DNA of 64,000 nt, from assembly GCA_038087875.1 (NCBI GenBank), contig CM075994.1:4466001-4530000 (forward strand), in the 5' to 3' direction. This stretch comes from Malacoraja senta. Lineage: Eukaryota. The position numbers were made by a program, and so were the translations under genes. The notes beneath the pieces were generated by a model. That model made no database searches. It was given only the letters and a program-made list of their open reading frames with translations, and was not told the origin of the DNA. Below are positions 50,275 through 61,450 of this stretch, in pieces; positions within the stretch are counted from its first letter, which is position 1; the number at the start of each line of letters is the position of its first letter.

Positions 50275-52425
50275 CAAGTCAAGTCACATTTATTTATATA
50301 GCACATTTAAAAATAACTCTCGTTGGCCAAAGTGCTTTACATTTGTTATAAGAATAGTATAAACAAACAAACTACATACATATATACATGTAGCCCTCGC
50401 TCAGAGGACGTCAAGAAAGGCTTGGGAGTATAGATAAGTTTGTAGTCTTGACTTAAAGGAGTCGATGGAGGGGGCAGTTCTGATGGGAAGGGGGATGCTG
50501 TTCCACAGTCTAGGGGCTGCAACTGCAAAGGCACGGTCCGCCCCTGAGCTTATGCCTAGACCGCAGGATATTCAGCAACCCCAAGTCGGCCGATCTGAGG
50601 GACCTGGAGGGTGGAGTGGTGGGTGAGAAGACTTTTAATGTAGGTGGGGGCAAGCCCATTGAGGGCTTTGTAGACATAGAGGAGGATCTTGAAATGTTTA
50701 CGGAACCGCACAGGGAGCCAGTGGAGAGAGGCCAGGATCGGGGTGACGTGGTCCCTTTTTCGGGTGCCCGTCAGGAGTCTCGCTGCGGCATTTTGGACCA
50801 GTTGCAGGCGGGACAGGGAAGAATGGCTGATGCCAGTGTAAAGGGAGTTGCAGTAATCTAGGCGGGAGGAGATAATGTGTGGATGATCTTTTTGAGGTCA
50901 TCAAAGTGGAGGAATTGTTTTATTTTAGCTATCGTCCGAAGCTGAAAGAAGCTAGCTTTTACCACAGCATTGACTTGTTTGTCAAATTTCAGTGCTGAGT
51001 CAAATATCACGCCAAGGTTTTTGACGTGAGGTTTGAGTAGTGGGGTAAGGCTTCCAAGGCTGCCTGCTATCATTTTGATTGAATCTGAGGGGCCGAGAAG
51101 GATGACCTCAGACTTACTCTCGTTTATTTGGAGGAAGTTCTGGGCCATCCAACACTTTATATCCTCGAGGCAGCGGGTAAGGTTAAGCAGATTTGATTGG
51201 TTTATGGGCTTCAGGGGGAGATAGAGTTGTGTATCGTCTGCGTAGCAATGGAAGGAAATGCCGTGCCTTTCAATGACTTGGCCTAAGGGGAGCATATACA
51301 GGGAGAAGAGAATGGGGCCAAGGATGGAACCTTGTGGAACCCCACAGCAGAGATTAGCTGGGGAGGAGAAAGAGTTGCCTATGTTAGTCGAGAAACTCCT
51401 ACCTTTGAGGTGGGAGGTGAACCAGCTCAGGGCAGTGCCATCAATACCAACGCCGTACCGGAGACGGTCAATTAGGATGGTGTGGTCGACAGTATCAAAT
51501 GCTGTGCTGAGGTCAAGTAGGAGAAGAATTGCACAGTCGCCGGAGTCAACGGTGAGCAGTAGGTCATTGTGTACCTTCAACAAGGCAGACTCTGTGCTAT
51601 GGTGAGCCCTGAAACCTGATTGGAAAGTTTCCAAGATAGTGTTTTGGTGAAGGTAAGGCATAAGTTGACTTAAAATTACCTTTTCAAGGGCTTTTGAGAG
51701 GAAAGGCAGTTAAGAAATGGGTCTGTAGTTGCTTGGCAAGGGTGGGGTCGAGGTTAGTTTTTTTCAGGAGTGGCTGGACCACCGACCGCATGCTTGAAGC
51801 AGGCAGGTACAGTGCCAGTGGCCAGAGAGCTGTTGAAGATGGCGAGGATGCTGGGACCGGCTATTGTAATGACGTCCTTTAGGAGGGCAGAGGGGACAGT
51901 GTCGAGAGGGCAGGTAGTAGGTTTCATGGTGGTGAGCAGTTTTACAAGGGAGGGTAGAGTAACGGGTTGGAAACAATCTAATTTTGAAGAGCAGACCAAT
52001 GAGACAGCCAGGTCACGGGTGGGAGGGGAAATATTCGTTCTTATGTTCTCTACCTTGCTGGTGAAAAATGTAGTAAATTCCTCGCACTTAGCAGGGGACC
52101 CAGTTAAGCTGGTGCCGGGGGCAGGACAAATGATGGAGATGATGGTGCTAAAAAGGACCTTGGAATTATGAGCGTTTTGGGAGATAAGGGTGGAAATGTA
52201 TTTAGTTCTTGCTGATTTTACCGCTTCCTGGTAATTGTGAAGATTGTTTTTCAGGAGTTCAAAGGAAATTTGAAGCTTATCAGATTTGTACTTCCGTTCT
52301 GATTTTCTGCATTCTCTTCTTAGGGCTCTGGTGGAGTCATTGAGCCACGGCTCGCCTTTTGGCTTAAGCTTTTTCATTTTAAGAGGAGCAACAGAATCCA
52401 GGATGGAAGAGCAGGTAGTATTCCA
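50275..52425 (-). mobile_element. L2 LINE, 5'-truncated ORF2 with frameshifts
   Basis: Encodes FQSGFRAHHSTESAL, LDLSTAFDTVDH, GVPQGSILGP and YADDTQLY, with the same 3' end and (GACTT)n tail as 17776-18693. Confidence 0.95.
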
Positions 52426-52837
52426 GGTAGCTCTAAATAAGGAGCAGGTGGTAAGCTCTAATTAAAGAGCAGGTTCTAAATAAAGCAATGGTGGCAATAC
52501 AACAAATTGGTGGAGAGTAGACACAAAATGCTGGAGTAACTCAGCGGGATAGGCAGCATCTCTGGAGAGCGGGAATGGGTGACGTTTCGGGTCGAGACCC
52601 GTTTTCATATGTTGGAGGAGAGAGTTGTTGTCCATTGTCCGGCCGACAGTCACGAACGGAGGCGTCGGCAGGCGGCACTCTCGAAGTACAGATGCTGCAG
52701 ACGATGGAAAACTGAGGTAAAAGCAGAAGATGCTGGAGGTTACAGCAGGTCGGGCAGCATCTGTGGGGGGAGGACGTGTCGGCTCCCAACAGGTTCTGTC
52801 GCCCCCTGGGTGGCGCTGTGTCTGGAGGTGGAAGGGG

Positions 52838-53097
52838 TGTAGTGGATCCTCCCCACCGCCGGGTGGCGATGTGTGTGGAGGCTGTCGTGGATCCTCCCCG
52901 TCGCCGGGTGGCGCTGTATCGGGAGGCTGTAGTGGATCCTCCCCGCCGCCGGGTGGCGATGTGTGTGGAGGCTGTCGTGGATCCTCCCCGCCGCCGGGTG
53001 GCGCTGTATCGGGAGGCTGTAGTGGATCCTCCCCGCCGCCGGGTGGCGATGTGTGTGGAGGCTGTAGTGGATCCTCCCCGCCGCTCGGTGGCGCTGT
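52838..53097. repeat. 45-bp tandem repeat (about 6 units, alternating A/B variants) carrying CTCF-like motifs
   Basis: GGATCC recurs at 52844, 52889, 52934, 52979, 53024 and 53069. Confidence 0.92.
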
Positions 53098-53099
53098 GC

Positions 53100-53172
53100 T
53101 GGTGTTTCCCCGAGGCCGAGCCCGGAGCCTGAGCGCTAGGCCGCGGGCGGCAGCAGGAGCAGCAAGAGGCGG
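53100..53172 (+). promoter_or_regulatory. Candidate non-coding first exon / TSS region of ZNRD1
   Basis: GC-rich stretch ending at a GTGAGA donor (53173). The ZNRD1 ATG exon is preceded by a splice acceptor at 57943-57944, so an upstream exon is needed. Confidence 0.45.
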
Positions 53173-53262
53173 GTGAGAGCTGGGGGATGCAGGGGAGAGG
53201 GTGAGCCCTGGGGCTGATGGAGGGAGGGAGCGGGGCCGGAGATCAAGTCAAGTAATAGTATT

Positions 53263-53972
53263 AAAGAAGGAACTGCAGATGCTGGAAAATCGAAGGTACA
53301 CAAAAATGCTGGAGAAAACTCAGCGGGTGCAGCAGCATCTATGGAGTGAAGGAAATAGGTAACGTTTCGGGCTGAAACCCTTCTTCAGACTGATAGGGGG
53401 TGGGGAGAAGAAAGGAAAAAATGAAAAGGAGGAGGAGGAGCCCGAGGGCTGGGGGAGGGGAGGAGACAACCAGATGGCTGATGAAGGGGAGGGGACAGCC
53501 AGGGCTAGCAGAATTGGGAGAATTCAACGTTCAGGCCACCAGGATGTAGACTGCCCAAGCGGAATATGAGGTGCATTTCCTCCAATTTACGGTGTTGCTC
53601 GCTGTGGCCATGGAGGAGACCCAGGACAGAGAGGTCAGATACGGAATCGGAGGGGGAGTTGAAGTGCTGAGCCACCGGGAGTTCAGGTTGGTTATTGCGG
53701 ACCGACCGGAGGTGTTCGGCGAAACGATCGCCAAGCCTCCGCTTGGTCTCACCGATGTAGATCAGCTGGCATCTAGAGCAGCGAATGCAATAGATGAGGT
53801 TGGAGGAGATGCAGGTGAACCTCTGTCGCACCTGGAACGACTGCTTGGGTCCTGGAATGGAGTGGAGGGGGGGAAGTGAAGGGACAAGTGTTGCATCTCT
53901 TGCGGTTGCAAGGGAAAGTACCAGGGGAGGGGGTGGTATGGGAGGGAAGGGAAGAATTGACAAGGGAGTTAC
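53263..53972 (-). mobile_element. Penelope-like element 3' fragment: GIY-YIG endonuclease plus pLTR with a hammerhead core (53361-53388)
   Basis: FTCISSNLIYCIRCSRCQLIYIGETKRRLGDRFAEH...GGLN is a PLE-type GIY-YIG domain. It is followed by CTGAAGAAGGGTTTCAGCCCGAAACGTT and the sequence seen in the short dispersed repeats. Confidence 0.9.
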
Positions 53973-53974
53973 GT

Positions 53975-54968
53975 AATAGTAAACTTTATTGTCAATTCAA
54001 ATAATGCAACAAGTAGTTACACAGAGGATTGAAATTGCGTTTCCCCATACTCCAATGTGCAAGTAATATTTATAACACAGACAGACAGTGTACCAATAAA
54101 AATAGACAATGGACATATACATCATATAAAATATTCAATAATAAAAGGTGCAATATAGAAAAGTGCAAATAGCATACTGCAGACATTGGGTTAAAGTTAA
54201 TTTGACAGTCAGTTGGTCTTTGTTTGTGTAATGTTCATGGAATTTTCTTGAGTGTGTTGAGTAGTCTGATGGCCTGAGGGAAAAAGCTGTTTTTGAATCT
54301 GGTGGTTTTGCTCCGCATGCTGCGGGGTGATCTAGTGATCTTCTCCGCTGTCCTCACCACTCTCTGTTCGGGCCCTCTGGTCAGCAGCAGAGCAACTGCC
54401 ATACCAGACTGAGAGACTGCTGGTAAGAATGCTCTCAATGGCACCCCCTGTAAAAAGTTGTGAGGGCAGAAGGGGGGAGGTCGGCTCTCCTCATCCGTCG
54501 AAGGAAGTGGAGGCGTTGCTGTGCTTTCTTGACTAGGGAGATGGTGTTGGTGGACCATGTCTGATCATCTGTGATGTGTACACCCAGGAACTTGGTGCTT
54601 TTCACAGACTCCACTGCACTGCCATTTATGGTGAGTGGGGTGTGTGCTGTCTGTTTCTTCCTGAAGTCCACAGTTATTTCTTTTGTTTTATTGACATTCA
54701 GTTAAAGGTTATTGATGTCACACCAGTTGATGAGTTGTTGTACCTCCTCTCTGTAGGCTGAGTCGTCATCGTGGCTGATGAGGCCCACCACTGTTGTGTC
54801 ATCTGCGAACTTGATGATGTGGTTCGAGTTGTGTTTGGCACAACAGTCATGTGTCATCAGCATGAACAACAGAGGGCTCAGCACACATCCCTGTGGGACC
54901 CCGGTGTTCATGATGGTGGTCTCTGATGAGTTTTTGCCAACTCTTACTGTCTGTGGTCTGTCGGTCAA
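53975..54968 (-). mobile_element. Rex1/Babar-type non-LTR retrotransposon 3' fragment
   Basis: Encodes GVPQGCVLSPLLF...KFADDTTVVGLI...KFLGVHI...KAQQRLHFLRR...RFKNSFFPQAIRLLN. Confidence 0.88.
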
Positions 54969-55049
54969 TTTTATTTCTATAGCAACTGTCGTTGACCAAA
55001 ATGTTGGAGATACTAACGCGCTACAAACAGCGGTTCATAGATCAACAAT

Positions 55050-55518
55050 ACATACAGAGACACAGACACACACACACACACACACACACAGACACAGAGA
55101 CACACACACAGAGATACACACAGACACACACACAGAGATACACACAGACACACACACAGACACACACACAGACACACACACAGACACAAACACAGAGATA
55201 CACACACAGACACACACACAGACAGACACACACACAGACAGACACACACACAGACACACACACACAGATACACACACAGACACACACACAGATACACACA
55301 CAGACACACACACAGACACACACACAGACACACACACAGACACATACACAGATACACACACACAGATACACACAGCACACACATACATACACACACACAC
55401 ACAGACACACACACAGACACACACATACATACACAGACACACACACAGACACATACACAGACACACACACACACACATACACAGACACACACACACATAC
55501 ACAGACACACACACACAC
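55050..55518. repeat. (CA)n/(CACACACAGA)n compound microsatellite
   Basis: Direct inspection. Confidence 0.95.
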
Positions 55519-55587
55519 CGCTCACAGCACCTCCAGCAAGGCTGGAGACATGGATTAGTGTGGAGGGGGGGGAGCGATGACTGAGTG

Positions 55588-56402
55588 AGCTGGGTCAGGG
55601 TGTGGGTCAGGGGCGGGTCACCATGTGGGTCAGGGGCGGGTCACCATGTGGGTCAGGGTGTGGGTCAGGGTCTGAGATGGTGTCAGGGTTTTGGGTCTGG
55701 GAAACCATGTGGGTCAGGGCTCAAAGTGTGGGTCAGGGGGTTTGGGTCTGGGATGGGGAGAGGGTCACCATGTGGGTCAGGGTGTGGGTCATGGTCTGGG
55801 ATGAGGTCAGGGTGTGGGTCAGCGGTCAAGGCTTAGGATGGGGTCAGAGTGCGGGATGGGGAGAGGGTCACCATGTGGGTCACAGTTTGGATGGGATATG
55901 GGGTCAGGGGTTTGGGGTCAGGTGTGGGATGTGGAGAGGGTCACCATGTGGGTCAGGGCTCAAGGTGTGGGTCAGGGTCTGGGATGAGGTCAGGGTGTGG
56001 GTGAGCGGTCAGGGCTTAGGATGGGATCAGAGTGCGGGATGGGAAGAGGGTCACCATGTGGGTCACGGTTTGGATGGGATTTGGGGTCAGGTGTGGGATG
56101 GGGAGAGGGTCACCATGTAGGTCAGGGTCTGGGATGGGGTCAGGGTTTAGATAGGGTTCGGGGTCAGGGGTTTGGGATTTGGCGTCATAGGTTTAGGGTC
56201 AGGGGTGTGGGTCGCGTTTGGGGTCAGGAGTGTGGGTCAGGGTTGTGTGTCGGATGGGGAGAGGGTCACCGTGTGGGTCAGGGCTCAAGGTGTGGGTCAG
56301 GGGTTTGGGTCTGGGATGGGCAGAGGGTCAACATGTGGGTTGGGTCTGGCATAGGGTGAGGGTGTGGGCAGTGGTCAGGGCTCAGGTTTGGGATGGGGTC
56401 AG
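55588..56402. repeat. G-rich GGGTCA-containing minisatellite
   Basis: Recurrent GGGTCAGGG and GGGTCACCATGTGGGTCA units. Confidence 0.9.
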
Positions 56403-56910
56403 AGGGAATTTCTGGATCATGGATGTGAACTGTGACGGTGGCAACAAAGTGCTTACAGTTTAGTTTATTGTCACGTGTACCGAGATACAGTGAAAAGCTT
56501 TAGTTGCGTGCTAACCGACCAGCGGAAAGACAACACATGATTACAATTGAGGTGTGGCGAGGAGATGGGTGGGCAGGGGGACAGGGTGTGTGTCTGGGAT
56601 TCAGGGCGCAGGATGTGGTCAGGGATTGAAAAGGGTCAGGATTTGGTACAGGCTGAGGGGAATTTCGGGGTCACGGGTGAGCTGTGTCGTTGGGGATGGG
56701 GTGTGGAAGATGGAGGGGGTGACGGGTTTGGGTGAGGGAAGGGGTGTGGGGAGGGGCAAGGGACAGGGTGTGAGGGAGGGAGGGAAGGGCAGCATCTTGA
56801 ACTCGCTGCCTCTGAAGGGGCTCCGATCCCCGATGGGCAGCCGCGCGGTGCCACTTCTGGCCCAGGACGGAGGCTCCTGTGGGTCTGGGGCTGGAGGGGG
56901 AGGGAGAGCT

Positions 56911-57480
56911 TAGAAAATAGGTGCAGGAGTAGACCATTCAATATAATCATGGCTGATCATCCAAAATCAGCAACCCGTTCCTGCTTTTTCCCCATATCCC
57001 TTGATTCTGTTCGCCCAAAGAGCTAAATCTAACTCTCTTGAAAACATCCAGTGAAATGGCCTCCACTGCATTCAGTGGCAGAGAATTCCACAGATTCACC
57101 ATTGTCTGGGTGGAAAAGTTTTTCCTCATCTCCGTCCTAAATGGCCTACTCCTTCTTAAACCGTGACCCCTGCTTCTGGATGCCCGCAACATGGGGAACT
57201 ATTTTCCTGCATCAGGCCTGTCCAATCCCTCAAGAATTTTATGTTTCGATATGATCCCATCTCATCCTTCTAAATTCCAGTGAATACAAGCCCAGTTGAC
57301 CCATTCTATCAGCATATGACAGTCGCGCCATCACAGAAATTAACCTGGTGAACCAACGCTGCACTCCCTCAATAACAAGAATGTCCTTTCTCAAATTAGG
57401 GGACCAAAACTGCACATGATACTCCAGGTGTAGTCTCACCAGGGCCCCTGTACAACAGCAGTAGGACCTCCTTGCTCATA
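56911..57480 (-). mobile_element. CR1 LINE 3' fragment (older)
   Basis: Encodes degenerate HLEYHVQFWSP...; CR1 3' UTR present. Confidence 0.85.
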
Positions 57481-57951
57481 AAGTCAAATCCCTATCATTA
57501 GCTGGGGGCTGGGACAGTGGATGTGGAGGAGGAGGGATAGACGGCTGGAGGAAGGGGGAGAGAAAGATCCGAACGGGTGCCAGGGATTACGTGAAGGCAG
57601 GAGAATTGGGTTAGTGGGGAGAGATAGATCAGCCATGATTGAATGGTGGAGTAGACGATGGGCCGAATGGCCTGATTCTGTTCCTATCACTTTTCAACAT
57701 GACGGCTGGAGGGGAGGGGAGAGTCAGTTGGAGAGAGGAGGGGAGAGATGGCTGGGGGAGAGTGGACAGACGGCGAGGGGAGAAGGCTGGAAGAGAGGGG
57801 AGAGATGGCTGGAGAAGAGGTGCAGTCTCCAGAGTTTAGAGACGGAGCCACGGCGGCAGGGTGTGACCCTGCGGGATGGACAATAAGACAGGGAGCCATT
57901 CTGTACACTGACTCCCTCGTGTCCCGGTCCTCTCCTCCTTCTAGAGCTGCG

Positions 57952-58075
57952 ATGGCTGACTCGTGTTTTGAATCCGACCCCGATTTCTGCCCGGAGTGTG
58001 GAACCATCTTGCCGCTGCCGGGCCTGGAGGAGCACGTGGCGTGTTGCAAGTGTGGCTTCCAGATCAGCGTCCACG
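57952..58075 (+). CDS. ZNRD1: RNA polymerase I subunit RPA12 (ZNRD1/POLR1H), coding exon 1
   Basis: MADSCFESDPDFCPECGTILPLPG...CCKCG forms the N-terminal zinc ribbon. GTCAGT donor, phase 1. Confidence 0.93.
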
Positions 58076-58952
58076 GTCAGTATACATGAGGCTGTGGGCC
58101 AAGTGTGGGATGAAGCTCCTGTGAGATTATGTGGAGCAGGCAGGAGAGTGGGGTTGAGAGGGAAAGATAGATTCTAACCTCAGGCCCCATCAGTGTGTGT
58201 GTGGAGTTTGTACGTTCCCCCAGTGACCGCATGGCTTTCCTCTGGGTGCTCCCCTTTCCTCCCATGTTCTAAAGACTCAAGGGTTTTGTAGGTTGAAGAT
58301 AGTCACAAAAAGCTGGAGTAACTCAGTGGGTCAGACAGCATCTCTGGAGAAACGGAATAGGTGATGTTTTGGTCCGAGACATTTCTTCGGTCTGAAGAAA
58401 GGTCTCGATTCGAAATGTCACCTATTTGTTTTCTTCAGAGATGCTGTCTGACCCACAGAGTTATTCCAGCTATTTGTATCTATCTTAGGTGTAAGCCAGC
58501 ATCGGCAGTTCCTTGCTGCACGCGGGTTTGTAGCCTAATTAGCTTCTGTAAATTGCCCCTCATGTGTCGGGAGTGGATGAGAAAGTGGGATAAGGTAGAA
58601 ATAGTGTGAACGGGTGATCGATGGTTGGTGTGGATTCGTTGGGCCGAAGGGCCTGTTTCCGCGCTGTATCTTTCAATCAATTATTATGGCCTGTTATTGG
58701 CCTTATCTGTATTTAAAGGTTATGTGGAGAAGGCATTAGAATGGGGTTGAGAGAGAAAGATAGATCAGCCATAATTGTGTGGCGGAGTAGACTTGATGGG
58801 CCGAATGGCCTATTTCTGCTCCTGTGACTTTTGAAGATGTATTTATTCCCGGGCCACAGGTTCTTCTGGGGCTGCACCTCTATTATACCGGCCGGCAGCT
58901 GAAGCCCCTGTTCCCTGCCTCCCGCTCACTCGCTGCCCTCTCTCTCCCGCAG

Positions 58953-59065
58953 CCTTCGAAGGGACGGAGATACTGTCGGAGGTGGTGTTCAACGACCCGG
59001 TCTTGCTGCGCGCCACACTGACCATGGAGGACGAGGCGGGGGAGCCCAGCTCGAGGGGGCCGGTG
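58953..59065 (+). CDS. ZNRD1: ZNRD1/POLR1H coding exon 2 (AFEGTEILSEVVFN...RGPV)
   Basis: Polypyrimidine tract plus CAG acceptor and GTGAGT donor, phase 1/0. Resembles human DFEGKVVKTSVVF...QGPV. Confidence 0.9.
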
Positions 59066-59165
59066 GTGAGTGTCTGCGGGCATCGGATGGCAGAACGACC
59101 CAGCGCAGCGGCCCTCACCCGCCCACCGTAACTCCACACCGCACACCCTCCCGCCACCCCGCCCC

Positions 59166-59445
59166 TTAGTTTAGTTTAGAGATACAGCGCGGGAACAGGC
59201 CGACCAGCGATCCCTGCGCACTTACACTATCCTACACGCATTAGGGACAATTTACATTTATACCAAGCCAATTAACCCACAAACCTGTAGGTCTTTGTAG
59301 TGCGGGAAGAAACCGAAGATCTCAGAGAAATCCCACACAGGTCACGGGGAGAACGGACAGACTCCGTACAGACAGCACCCGTAGTCGGGATCAAACCCGG
59401 GTCTCTGGCCTGTGAGCCAGCAACTCCACCGCTGCGCCACCGTGC
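59166..59445 (-). mobile_element. V-SINE (HE1-like)
   Basis: Antisense copy in a ZNRD1 intron. Confidence 0.85.
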
Positions 59446-59622
59446 CCCTTTTCGACAACCTGCACCCGTTATGGAGCCTGGAGTTCTCCAGCGATGGCTT
59501 GCCATGTCCAATAGCCCCTCGAGTCAGCAGCGGGCACATTCATTGCCCCCCCTACCCCACCCCGCCTGCAGATAACCACCCTCTAGCTCTAGGGAGACAA
59601 GGTGGCACAGCCACCGTGTTTG

Positions 59623-59908
59623 TTTAGTTTAGAGATACAACGATAAAAACAGGCCCTTCGGCCCACCGAGTCCGCACCGACCTGTGATCCCCGCAAATTA
59701 ACTTTACTCTACACGCACTAGGGACAATTTACAATTACACCAAGCCAATTAACCTACAAACCTGTACGTCTTTGGAGTGCGGGAGGAAAACCCACGCTGG
59801 TCACGGGGGAAATCGTGCAAACTCCGTACAAACGGCACCCGTGGTCAGGATCGAACGCGGGTCTCTGTCGCATTTGAGGCAGCAACTCTACCGCTGCGCC
59901 ACCGTGCC
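59623..59908 (-). mobile_element. V-SINE (HE1-like)
   Basis: Second antisense copy in the same intron. Confidence 0.85.
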
Positions 59909-59952
59909 ATCCCGTGTGGCCTCCACTAACGGCAGCGGGTCTGTGCCCACAG

Positions 59953-60062
59953 GTGGACAGGAAGTGTTCCCGCTGCGGGCACGAGGGGATGGAGTACCAC
60001 ACCCGGCAGACACGCTCGGCAGACGAGGGGCAGACGGTCTTCTACACGTGTACCAGCTGCAG
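59953..60062 (+). CDS. ZNRD1: ZNRD1/POLR1H coding exon 3 (VDRKCSRCGHEGMEYHTRQTRSADEGQTVFYTCTSC)
   Basis: TFIIS-type zinc ribbon with the RSADEG motif. CACTAAC branch point upstream; phase 0/2. Confidence 0.96.
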
Positions 60063-60475
60063 GTGGGTGCGGTGAGGGGGAGTTCATGGTGGGCACTGTA
60101 TCCCCCACCCCTACAGTCACCGTCAGTGGGAGTGTAGTCTAGGGATACAGCATGGAAACAAACCCTTCAGCCCACCGAGTCCACACCGACCAGTGATCAC
60201 CCGTACACTAGTTCTATCCTGCACACACCAGGGACAATTCACCGAGGCCCATTAACCTACAAACCTGCACAAACCTCAGGTTGCTATTAAATCAGACCCC
60301 GGTGAATCAGGCCCTTCGACCCATCGTGTCCACAACAGCAGGGATCGGGCCCGGGGTTCGCTGGTGAACCGATGCCGCGGTGTGGGAGTGTCGGGGACGG
60401 GTGGGGTCCCGTTGTCAGTCCGTTCACACCACTACAACCTATCCTCAACTCAGCCTCTCTTGTTTTTGTTCCCAG

Positions 60476-60500
60476 GCACCAAGAGAAGGAAGACTCGTGA
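60476..60500 (+). CDS. ZNRD1: ZNRD1/POLR1H last coding exon (RHQEKEDS*)
   Basis: TTGTTCCCAG acceptor, phase 2. Matches the human terminus FQEKEDS*. Total protein 123 aa. Confidence 0.93.
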
Positions 60501-60659
60501 CCGAGGGGCCGGGCGAGGAGGGGGTGCGGGGAGAGTTGCTGCGGTTGGGTGGTGTATGTGAAAGTGAGTGTTTGTGTATGAGTGTGTGTGTAAGTATCTG
60601 TGCGTCTATACGTGTGAGTGAATGTGTGTATGTATCTGAGTGTGTGTGAGAGTGCCTGT

Positions 60660-61450
60660 CTGTCTTTTTTTTATTTTTGTCTAGTTAAATGTAGTTGTAG
60701 GTGGGGTTTTTTTATACTGTTTTTAACTGTGTATATGTGGAGGACGGGGGGGGGAGGGGGAAACTTTTAAAATCTCTTCCCTGCACGGGTGACCCGACCT
60801 TTTCCCTGTCGGGTCTCCGTTGTCGTTGGGGCCTAGCTCCGTGGAGCGGCCTCCGACCGGGACGACCTGGGGGCTCCAGTCGCGGAGCCTGCGGAGCTGC
60901 GGACTTACCATCGTGGGGCTGGCCGGCCTCGGAGCGTGAGGAGCCGTGGTGGCTCGCTGCTGCGGACCGACTCCGGAGCTCCAGCTGCAGCTGCAGACCC
61001 GTGGACTGTGACATCGGGAGCTCGCGGGTCCGGGTGAGAGACCGCTTTCCGGAGCTCCCGCAACGTAACTTCTCCCGCCCGTGTCGCGGGGTTGGAACGA
61101 CCGTAAATCGCCCGGCGCGGCTTTAATGGCCGCGGGACATTCCAGCGCCCGCCGGGGGCTCCAACTTTGTGACTTTTGGGCCTGGAGCGAGGCCGTACAC
61201 CGCCCGGCGCGGCCTCAACGGCCGTGGGACTTAACATTGCCCGCCTGGGGCTTCAACATCGGGAGAAAAATGGTGCAGGGGAGAGAAAAGACTTTGCCTT
61301 CCATCACAGTGAGGAGGAGATTCACTGTGATGGGTGTTTTTCTGTAAATTGAATTGTTTGTGTGTCGTGGAGGAATTGTTTTGTTTGTATGGCTGTGGAA
61401 ACTAAGTTTCGTTTGAGCCTCTTTGAGGTTCAAATGACAAGAAATAAAGT
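60660..61450 (+). mobile_element. Unclassified GC-rich retroposon-like insertion within a TG-rich tract downstream of the ZNRD1 stop codon
   Basis: Its 3' part shares TTGCCTTCCATCACAGTGAGGAGG and the terminal region with 17605-17770. It interrupts a (TG)-rich tract. Confidence 0.5.

Noticed and set aside
52579..52842. ORF with a possible donor near the ZNRD1 promoter (PPP1R11 or RNF39 considered)
   Set aside because: No recognisable similarity, and it is partly derived from Penelope repeats.
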